A DNA stretch of 64,000 nt from Spirochaetales bacterium (lineage in GTDB: Bacteria; Spirochaetota; Spirochaetia; Sphaerochaetales; Sphaerochaetaceae), in NCBI GenBank assembly GCA_018433865.1, contig JAHDQJ010000002.1, positions 383,592 through 447,591 of the forward strand. Direction: 5' to 3'. Shown here one piece after another: positions 8,848 to 16,322 of the stretch. Under the pieces are notes generated by a model. It saw nothing but the letters and a program-made list of their open reading frames with translations, did not search any database and was not told where the DNA came from. Position 1 is the first letter of the stretch. Each line of letters starts with the position of its first letter. Made by a program: the position numbers and the translations under genes.

Positions 8848-8871
8848 CACGGACCCGTTTGCGGGAGAGAC

Positions 8872-9603
8872 TCAGACTACCGTCGCCTCGAGCTTGCCGC
8901 GTATGGCGGTCAGGTGCACGAGAGCGAGTGCTACCGCAAGGTCTGTCTGGCCTTGCTCGAGCGCCTCGACCAGGTACCGGTGCTCACGGGTACTTTTCTC
9001 CAGCTCGCCGTACGTGTTGGATATCTGGTCCATGCTCGAGTAGAGCAGTGGGGAAAGATTCTCGTAGATGGCGGTGAGTATCACATTGTCGTTCGAATCG
9101 ATCAGGGTCTTGTGGAAGTTGAAGTCGTGGCCGTTCCACTGGCTCATCGCCTCCGGCTCCCCCGCTTGCAACCTCGGGAGCAGCAACTCCATCTTCGTGG
9201 TCAGATTGTCCAGCGACCTGACGAGCATGCTGCGCTGTTCGCTTCTCGAGAGCTCCCTTGTCGCCGAGACTTCCACCGTGGTCCGCACTTGCATCAGATC
9301 GAGCAGGAGCTTCTTGTCGGTGGTATGGTTGCTGATGAGGGTCGAAGAGAGGGAGGCGACGAACTGCTCGAGGTTGTTCGACTTGACCATCGCCCGCTTT
9401 CCTTGGCTTATCTCCACCAGTCCCTTCGCCTCGAGCTGCTTGAACGCCTCGCGGATCGAACGGGAACTCGCATTGAACTCTACGGCGAGATCCTGCTGCG
9501 AAGGCAGCGGCTCTCCCGCCTGATATGTTTTATTGAGGATCATCTCCTCTATCTGACGTGCAATCTGTGCCGATTTCGTCTCTGAGCTGAATGATGTGAT
9601 CAT
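8872..9603 (-). CDS. GntR family transcriptional regulator with FCD domain, copy 2 (tandem paralog)
   Basis: Start at MITSFSS (GGAGAA SD). LPSQQDLAVEFNASSRSIREAFKQLEAKGLVEISQGKRAMV is collinear with copy 1 over the full length. Confidence 0.85.
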   Translation of the reverse strand: MITSFSSETKSAQIARQIEEMILNKTYQAGEPLPSQQDLAVEFNASSRSIREAFKQLEAKGLVEISQGKRAMVKSNNLEQFVASLSSTLISNHTTDKKLLLDLMQVRTTVEVSATRELSRSEQRSMLVRSLDNLTTKMELLLPRLQAGEPEAMSQWNGHDFNFHKTLIDSNDNVILTAIYENLSPLLYSSMDQISNTYGELEKSTREHRYLVEALEQGQTDLAVALALVHLTAIRGKLEATVV

Positions 9604-9895
9604 ACTTGCATATTCTCCTATGACAAATACATAATGCCACATTTTTCTCCGAAAGGATACCTACTTTGTCTGCTTCCCTGTAAGAACCTCCAAAAACCTC
9701 TATCTTTTGACACAAGAACAGAAAATTTGGCGAAGAAGCTGTGAGATGCCCCATGAATTGCAAATTCAGCGTACTCTTTCATTACCTGACACGTCACCCA
9801 TACAATCTTTGTATATTTTTGTATCATAATAAACTATGTATAGCATAGCAGAAAATGAAAATCATTTTCCTGAATTTTATTGTGTTCGGTAACTA

Positions 9896-9924
9896 TTGAC
9901 ACAAGTAAACCACATGCGTATCAT
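9896..9924 (+). promoter_or_regulatory. Sigma70-type promoter of paralog E
   Basis: ctaTTGACAcaagt, a 17-nt spacer, then TATCAT. The -10 ends 7 nt before ATG 9931. Confidence 0.6.
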
Positions 9925-9930
9925 GAGGGC

Positions 9931-10476
9931 ATGAACAGGTTTATGCACGGAAGCAAAGCACAGACATCCGGTCGCCTCGCGGTCATTCTGATCATCATGA
10001 TCCTCCTTTTCGGAGTATCGGGACTCTACGCGGAGACGCTGCTTTCCACCGATTATCTCTATCTGAATACCAGTATACCCTCGAACAGCAGTTTCATCAT
10101 CAACGGGGCTGATCCTGACAACAATGTCGTGCTCACCTTGGGACAACCTTCTCCCCCATTGAGCTATGTCTTCACCTATACCGGGACGAACATCGTCAGC
10201 ATCACCATCACCAGCAGCAACGGAACGGGTTCGCAGATGCGTCTGAAACACTTGGAGGCTGATGCCTATATCCCATACCAGATGAAGTTCGACTATGATG
10301 GTCAGGGACTGTTGCCAGCCGAGACCGTGGTGAACGGAACCGCCCGAGACCTGGTGAAGTACAACGGCAATTACAACGAGCTTTCCGGAGGCATCCAGTT
10401 CATCACACCATCGGACGACAGTTATCTTGCCGGAGACTACAAGGACACGATCACCTTCTCGTTTGTAGGAATCTGA
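9931..10476 (+). CDS. Secreted hypothetical protein, paralog E
   Basis: Start moved to MNRF because the promoter lies inside the longer ORF. Signal peptide ends GLYA|E. C-terminus AGDYKDTITFSFVGI. Confidence 0.7.
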   Translation: MNRFMHGSKAQTSGRLAVILIIMILLFGVSGLYAETLLSTDYLYLNTSIPSNSSFIINGADPDNNVVLTLGQPSPPLSYVFTYTGTNIVSITITSSNGTGSQMRLKHLEADAYIPYQMKFDYDGQGLLPAETVVNGTARDLVKYNGNYNELSGGIQFITPSDDSYLAGDYKDTITFSFVGI

Positions 10477-10479
10477 GGC

Positions 10480-11385
10480 TCATGAACGGCTGAAACGCTG
10501 CGCCATCCACTCCCGCCACCGCTTGAACCACCCTTTGCCGAACCGGATCTTGAAATCCTTGGAGGCCTTCTCTATCGTCACGTCCTGCTCGACTCCCTGT
10601 TTCAGGAAATCCCAGTGGCGTACGATCCACAGGTAGAGGTCCCCGTACGTCTTTCCCGGGAAGGTCCTGAGCAGCCGATCCTCCCTGATTTGCATGACGA
10701 TCGGGAGGAATACATGCATATACCAGGAACGCGCGGCATCATCGAACGGAATCTCGTCCTTCCTGTCCTGGTTGATGAAGTACTTGTGCACTTGGATATG
10801 GTTGACAATCTCGGGATACATGCCGGGAGAAGAGAACTTGACCAAATCCATGTCCATGAACCGATCGAGTTGATACTCATCCAAGAAACGTTGCCGCTCA
10901 TAGGAGACGACGCGCTTCACCAGCTGCATCCTGGTCATTCCGGGTTCGAGCGGAATCTCGCTGTCGAGCTCGACCACCTCGGCGTCGATGAACTCGACAC
11001 CCTGTGCTTTTGCGACGGAGACCCGATGGTTCCCATCACGCACGAAGTAGCTGTCCCCCAATTTGTAGACGCTGATCGGGGGAAGGATCACTTGGTGCAG
11101 ATGTGCTTCGTCTATGCTCTGCCAGCGGGAACGCAGCATCTCCTTGCGAGGGAAGAACGCCAATGTGAAATCGTGGTACCGCCCCTCGCTTCCGATCACC
11201 TTTTCCAGCGGGATCGCCATGAGCCCGCGATACGTCTCGAGCTTCGGCTTGATCAGCTTGGTCACCTCATAGAACGAGAGCAGTTCGTTGTTCTTCCACT
11301 GCAATGTGGAGAGCAGCTGTTGCATGCGTCCCTTGGACCGGGCCCTCGCGAAATCTTCCCTGCTGGTGAATTGGGAAATACTCAT
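10480..11385 (-). CDS. ParB/Srx-fold N-terminal domain protein with a C-terminal DUF4032-like domain
   Basis: YFVRDGNHRVSVAKAQG is the ParB-like DGxHR motif. Start at MSISQF (GAGGAAG SD), 8 nt after the upstream stop. Confidence 0.65.
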   Translation of the reverse strand: MSISQFTSREDFARARSKGRMQQLLSTLQWKNNELLSFYEVTKLIKPKLETYRGLMAIPLEKVIGSEGRYHDFTLAFFPRKEMLRSRWQSIDEAHLHQVILPPISVYKLGDSYFVRDGNHRVSVAKAQGVEFIDAEVVELDSEIPLEPGMTRMQLVKRVVSYERQRFLDEYQLDRFMDMDLVKFSSPGMYPEIVNHIQVHKYFINQDRKDEIPFDDAARSWYMHVFLPIVMQIREDRLLRTFPGKTYGDLYLWIVRHWDFLKQGVEQDVTIEKASKDFKIRFGKGWFKRWREWMAQRFSRS

Positions 11386-11392
11386 ATCTTCC

Positions 11393-12067
11393 TCAGGAAT
11401 CTTGCAGCACATGGCTGCTGAATACATTGATCACCTCGGTCTCCCGGTATCGGGAGATCCTCGGTGCATTCATGTCGATCAAGTGTACATGGCCATGGAC
11501 CAGGTACCGTGGCTTGAAGGTCCGCATGAACCAGAGGAATGCCTTGAAGCCGGTATGGCAACGGTCCTCGCCGTCCCCGATTCCCCTAGGCGGCGCATGT
11601 GCCACCAAGATATCGAGCCAGCGACCGTAGCGAAGTCGGTTCCAGGACAGTTTCGGCACGAGGCCGAGGATGCGCAGGAACATCTCGAATTCGGTATACT
11701 GGTGCTCCCCCGAATTGTAGCGCATCGAACCGCCCAATCCCGCTAGCAACAGTCCGGTGGCCTTGTCACGCACAACCCTTCCCTCGAGGCACTCTCCTCC
11801 GATGCCGAAGAGCAGGCGACCACGGTCGAATTTCATGGAAAAGGAATCGTCGATCGCCGAGCTTTTCCGGTACCGGTGAAGATCCTCGACATGGTGGTTA
11901 CCGAACACGAAGTAGAACGGCTTGTTCAGCGATGACACGATGAATTCATAATAGCGCATCGGCAGGTCCCCTGCGCTGATCACAAGCTCGACATCCGAGT
12001 ATCGTTCGGCGATGTTGGCGGAATAGACCAGTTGGTCCTGCTCATCCGCGATGCAGAGGATCTTCAT
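11393..12067 (-). CDS. Metallophosphoesterase (calcineurin-like)
   Basis: Motifs ILCIAD, SAGD, FGNHH and VHGHVH. ATG 12067 lies just after the SDR stop and has a GAGGTG SD. Confidence 0.75.
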   Translation of the reverse strand: MKILCIADEQDQLVYSANIAERYSDVELVISAGDLPMRYYEFIVSSLNKPFYFVFGNHHVEDLHRYRKSSAIDDSFSMKFDRGRLLFGIGGECLEGRVVRDKATGLLLAGLGGSMRYNSGEHQYTEFEMFLRILGLVPKLSWNRLRYGRWLDILVAHAPPRGIGDGEDRCHTGFKAFLWFMRTFKPRYLVHGHVHLIDMNAPRISRYRETEVINVFSSHVLQDS

Positions 12068-12069
12068 CG

Positions 12070-12834
12070 TCACCTCATGCCATACCCGCAGTCCGCGGTC
12101 ATGATCTCGCCAGTCATGGCGCTGGAGGCCCCTGAGGCCAAGAAACAGACGATCGAGGCGATCTCCTCCGTCGTGACAAGGCGCCCGAGCGCGGCTCGCG
12201 AGCGATAACGGCTCACCAGGTCGGGGGTATGCTCATGCAAAGAGGGTGCATCGATGAGGCCGGGAGCCACGCCGTTCACCCTGATGCCGAACGGTGCGAG
12301 TTCGGATGCCAAGGACCGGGTATAGGAAACCAGCGCTCCCTTCGAGGCATCATAGTGGGCAGTGCCCCCGAATCCTGGCCGGAATGCATTGATGCTGCAG
12401 ATGTTCACGATCGTGCCGCGTACCTGCATCAGATGCACCAGTGCCAACCGGCACATCCGCCACACCCCCTTGATATTCGTATCCATCACCGCATCCCACG
12501 CCTCCTCGGTCAGGTCCTCCTGTGAAGAGACGCTGAAGATGCCTGCGTTGTTCACCAGGATATCTGGTTCTCCGAGTTGTGACACCGAGAGTTCGATGGC
12601 ATCATGTACCGACGCTTCGCTTCGTACGTCGGCGAGAACAGCTAGTGCCCTAACCCCATCGAGGCAGGCAAGGCGTCGAGCGAGCGATTCGGTGCGTGCC
12701 CGGGAATGTTCCGAGCCGTAGAAGAGCCCGACAGAGGCCCCTTGCATCGCCAGCGCACTCGCGATCGCTCCGCCCAGGTTTCCAGAGGCTCCGGTGACCA
12801 AGGCTACCTTGCCACGCAATCCGAAATCGATCAT
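12070..12834 (-). CDS. SDR family oxidoreductase (FabG-like)
   Basis: Start at MIDFGLRGKVALVTGASGNLGGAIA (TGxxxGxG). YDASK catalytic motif. ATGA overlap with the upstream gene. Confidence 0.85.
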   Translation of the reverse strand: MIDFGLRGKVALVTGASGNLGGAIASALAMQGASVGLFYGSEHSRARTESLARRLACLDGVRALAVLADVRSEASVHDAIELSVSQLGEPDILVNNAGIFSVSSQEDLTEEAWDAVMDTNIKGVWRMCRLALVHLMQVRGTIVNICSINAFRPGFGGTAHYDASKGALVSYTRSLASELAPFGIRVNGVAPGLIDAPSLHEHTPDLVSRYRSRAALGRLVTTEEIASIVCFLASGASSAMTGEIMTADCGYGMR

Positions 12835-13355
12835 CGGGAGGCTCCTTCCGCTTGAGACGCAAGAAACGGTTCGAGAAGCGCTGCCGCAGGGGAGTCTAAT
12901 CCACGCAGGAACAGGCGATCGGCCAAGATGAAATCCTGTGCATCGAACGCAGGACTCATCACCGTACTGCACAATGCATACCCATGCCGTATCGGTCGTG
13001 CCAGCCGTGATGCCTGCCACGAACCTCCCGGCACCACGGATACCGGCTGGGCACCCTCAGCGAACCCGAGGGTGTACTGACGGACGGATCGGTCGGCATC
13101 TGCCACCACCTGCGTGACCAAGTCCCCCGCAATCCACGTCCAGACCTCGTTCCCCGCCAGATAGTGCAAGGCGGAGAAACTTTGCTCGGTCATCAGGTAG
13201 TAGATGACGCTCGTCAAGGGCAAGCGTTCCTCGGTGAAATTCCCGAGGGATCCGGTTTCCACCATGGCCTCCTCGACGAAAATCCTCCTGAAATATCCTC
13301 CCTCTCCCTCGAGAGGCTCGAGGGAGAGCTGGCGGATCACTTCTGCACCCGTCAT
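12831..13355 (-). CDS. Cupin superfamily protein (DUF985-like)
   Basis: LEPLEGEGGYFRR...IYYLM...SALHYL...EVW pattern. ATGA overlap with the punA stop. Confidence 0.6.
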   Translation of the reverse strand: MTGAEVIRQLSLEPLEGEGGYFRRIFVEEAMVETGSLGNFTEERLPLTSVIYYLMTEQSFSALHYLAGNEVWTWIAGDLVTQVVADADRSVRQYTLGFAEGAQPVSVVPGGSWQASRLARPIRHGYALCSTVMSPAFDAQDFILADRLFLRGLDSPAAALLEPFLASQAEGASR

Positions 13356-14182
13356 GCCGGCCAAGCTGCGGTGATCGCCTTCACGAGCGCAGAGAAGGAG
13401 GATTTCACCCGCTCTCCCGTCTCCAGCACCTCATGATGGTTCAACGGCTGATCGAGTATCCCGGCGGCCATGTTGGTCAGGCAGGATATCCCGAGGACCT
13501 CCATTCCCGCGTGGCGGGCGGCGATGACCTCCGGTACGGTGGACATCCCCACCGCATCGGCTCCGCAAGCGCGTGCGAAGCGTACCTCCGCGGGAGTCTC
13601 GAACGAAGGTCCGGTGAAAAGCTGGTAGACCCCTTCCCTGAGTGTCATACCAAGCCGGGAAGCCTCCTTGCGTGCCATTGCACGGAGTCGCTCAGGATAC
13701 GCGGTGCTCATGTCGAAGAATCGCTCGCCCAACTCTTCGATGTTCGCACCTCGCATGGGGTTGTCTGCGATCAATTTGATATGGTCGCAGATCAGCATGA
13801 GATCGCCAGGTTGCCACGCGGTGTTCACACATCCGGCGGCGTTGGTGACCAGCAGGTTCGTGATGCCCATCACACGCATCATCTGCACGGGGAACACCAC
13901 GGTATCCATAGAGTAGCCTTCATAGTAATGGAAGCGCCCCTGCATGACCAGGACACGTTTGCCTGCCAAGGTTCCCGCGACCAGCCGTCCTGCATGTCCC
14001 GGTACGGTGGAGACGGGAAAGTGGGGTATCTGCCGATAGGGTACGGCGATCGCATCGGTCAGTTCGTTGGCAAGGTCCCCAAGCCCCGAACCGAGGATCA
14101 TGCCGATCGCGGGAACCTCCTTCCCTATCTTCGATTCCACATACGAGGCCGCCTCACGCAGCCGAGCCATCACACCATCCAT
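13352..14182 (-). CDS. punA: Purine nucleoside phosphorylase (PNP-I family)
   Basis: GSGLG...VPGHAGRLV...MQGRFHYYEG...GMSTVPE motifs. AGGAGG SD before MDGVMARL. Confidence 0.85.
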   Translation of the reverse strand: MDGVMARLREAASYVESKIGKEVPAIGMILGSGLGDLANELTDAIAVPYRQIPHFPVSTVPGHAGRLVAGTLAGKRVLVMQGRFHYYEGYSMDTVVFPVQMMRVMGITNLLVTNAAGCVNTAWQPGDLMLICDHIKLIADNPMRGANIEELGERFFDMSTAYPERLRAMARKEASRLGMTLREGVYQLFTGPSFETPAEVRFARACGADAVGMSTVPEVIAARHAGMEVLGISCLTNMAAGILDQPLNHHEVLETGERVKSSFSALVKAITAAWPA

Positions 14183-14203
14183 GTTCTCTCCTCCTTTCAC
14201 GGA

Positions 14204-15232
14204 TCAGAACGGTTCTCCGGCTGCCTTCGGAGCAGCCGAACGCTTCGAGAAGGCGACCAAGGCCAAGAGGGTCACCACATAGGGGAATACCTTGAAGATC
14301 ACCGGAGGGATCACGCCGAACTGGGGAATGACCTGCGATACGTTCGCGATGGTCGTCGCGGTACCGAAGAAGAAGGTCGCCCCCAAGATGCCCAGAGGTT
14401 TCCACTGTCCGAAGATCAAGGCTGCGATCGAGAGGAATCCGAGTCCCGCGACCGTTCCGTTGAACTCTCCCGAGTAGGTGATCAGGATGATCGATCCGCC
14501 CAACCCGGCCAGCGCTCCCGACATGGTGACGCCGAAATAGCGCATCCGGTACACATTCACTCCCGCACTGGCGACAGCCGAGGGGTGCTCTCCGCACGCC
14601 CTGAGACGAAGCCCGAACGAAGTCTTGTACAGGAGGAACCACGACGCTCCCCACACGGCCAAGGCCACCCACGTGCTCCAGTAGGATTGGGTGAAGAACA
14701 ACGTTCCCAAGCCCGGGATGCTCGAGAGGAGGGGAACGTCCTGCCGGACGATGCCGAGCATGATCCGGACGTTTCCGCTTCCTGCGATCGTTCGTGCAAG
14801 GTAGACGGTCAATGCACTTGCGAGCATGTTGATCGCCGTTCCGCTGATCACCTGGTCTGCCTTGAGATTGATCGAGGCGAAGGCGTGCAGGAGCGAAAAG
14901 AGTGCTCCCGCGAGCACGCCCATCAGAAGTCCGAGCGGCAACGCCGCGGTGAGAAGCGTCTGTTCGGTCAGGCGGATCGTCAGCGCACAGGCGAAATAGC
15001 CGACGAGCATCAGTCCTTCGAGTCCGAGGTTCGTCACGCCGCTGCGCTCACTGTACAATCCGCCGAGGGCGGTCATGAGCATGGGAATCGTGTAGGCGAT
15101 CGCATAGGGCATGATCAGACGTATCAGATGGCTGGTCGAAAAGAGGGCGAGCACCACGAGGGCAAGCACCACGTAGATGAGCATTGCCAAGGGGCTGGCG
15201 AACTTGTTTTGCTTCTGTTCTCCATTACGCAT
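14204..15232 (-). CDS. ABC transporter permease (BMP/nucleoside family, YufQ-like)
   Basis: Multi-TM protein with ERSGVTNLGLEGLM motif. Start MRNGEQ overlaps the upstream stop by 8 nt. Confidence 0.85.
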   Translation of the reverse strand: MRNGEQKQNKFASPLAMLIYVVLALVVLALFSTSHLIRLIMPYAIAYTIPMLMTALGGLYSERSGVTNLGLEGLMLVGYFACALTIRLTEQTLLTAALPLGLLMGVLAGALFSLLHAFASINLKADQVISGTAINMLASALTVYLARTIAGSGNVRIMLGIVRQDVPLLSSIPGLGTLFFTQSYWSTWVALAVWGASWFLLYKTSFGLRLRACGEHPSAVASAGVNVYRMRYFGVTMSGALAGLGGSIILITYSGEFNGTVAGLGFLSIAALIFGQWKPLGILGATFFFGTATTIANVSQVIPQFGVIPPVIFKVFPYVVTLLALVAFSKRSAAPKAAGEPF

Positions 15233-16322
15233 TGCCAGCCTCCTTTGCACTCGCTTCCCGTTTCGCATCGAGGCGTTTTTTCTTCCGCTTGCCCAATGAA
15301 TCCCAGAAGCGGCTGAAGAGAACACTCGTCGCGGTGAAGTAGATGATCGTCGCGATGATCGTATCGGCGATCTCGGGAGGAACATCGGTCATCGCATTCA
15401 TGAAGCCCTTGCCCGATTGCAACATTCCGAAGAAGAGCGCCGAGAGAAGGACACCGATCGGGTTGCTCGCACCGAGCAGGGCGACCGCGATACCGTCGAA
15501 CCCCATGGAGGGCATCACCCCGATCTGGATATTCCGGGAATACCCGGTATAGAAGGTCATCCCGGCCAAGCCTGCGAGCCCTCCGGCGATCATCATCGAG
15601 ATGATCACGTTCCGGTTCACCCGGATTCCGGCATACTCGGCACAGAACCTGTTGGAACCGACTGCCTTCAGTTCAAAGCCCAAGGTGGTCTTGTCCAGCA
15701 CATACTTGATGATGAATACCGCGGCTATGGCGAAAAAGATACCAAGGTTGATATAGCCGCCTCCGAAGATCTTCGTCAACCACGGAGATCGGAGCGTCTG
15801 CTCGATCGCGATGGATTTCGATTCCGTCTCCAGGGAAGGTCCCTTGAGATATGCAGGAACGAAATAGTAAACGGACCAGTAGGCGATCCAGTTCATCATG
15901 ATGGTCGCGACGACCTCGTGTACATTGAACCGTGCCTTGAGCAATCCGGGAATCACACCCCAGAGCGCTCCTCCGGCGAAAGCGCAGAGGATGATGACCA
16001 ACAGGTAGAACGGCCGGGGAAGGAACACATAATGGGCGACCAGTGTCGCACAGAGTCCTCCGACCAGCATCTGTCCGGCCGCCCCGATATTGAACAAACC
16101 GGTCTTGAACGCGAAGGCGACCGAGAGCCCGACCAGCATCAAGGTGATCGCCGTGGCGATCGTGTTCCCCACACGCTCCATGTTCATCAGTCCGCCGCGG
16201 AAAAGGTAGAAGAATCCCTCGAACGGGTTGCTTCCGATCGCAAGCATCAGGATCCCGCCCGCGATCAGTCCGAGGATCACCGCGGAAACGGCGATCAGGA
16301 AGGCATTGCTTTTCACTCTCAT
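15225..16322 (-). CDS. ABC transporter permease (BMP/nucleoside family, YufP-like)
   Basis: Multi-TM protein with FKTGLFNIGAAGQM motif. ATGA overlap with the ATPase gene. Confidence 0.85.
   Translation of the reverse strand: MRVKSNAFLIAVSAVILGLIAGGILMLAIGSNPFEGFFYLFRGGLMNMERVGNTIATAITLMLVGLSVAFAFKTGLFNIGAAGQMLVGGLCATLVAHYVFLPRPFYLLVIILCAFAGGALWGVIPGLLKARFNVHEVVATIMMNWIAYWSVYYFVPAYLKGPSLETESKSIAIEQTLRSPWLTKIFGGGYINLGIFFAIAAVFIIKYVLDKTTLGFELKAVGSNRFCAEYAGIRVNRNVIISMMIAGGLAGLAGMTFYTGYSRNIQIGVMPSMGFDGIAVALLGASNPIGVLLSALFFGMLQSGKGFMNAMTDVPPEIADTIIATIIYFTATSVLFSRFWDSLGKRKKKRLDAKREASAKEAGNA

Noticed and set aside
13433-15316. 627-aa plus-strand ORF, the longest in this part of the track
   Set aside because: It is entirely antisense to punA and an ABC permease, both of which have clear family motifs. 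Its translation is low-complexity and rich in R/G/H/D/E, which is typical of a shadow ORF in GC-rich DNA.
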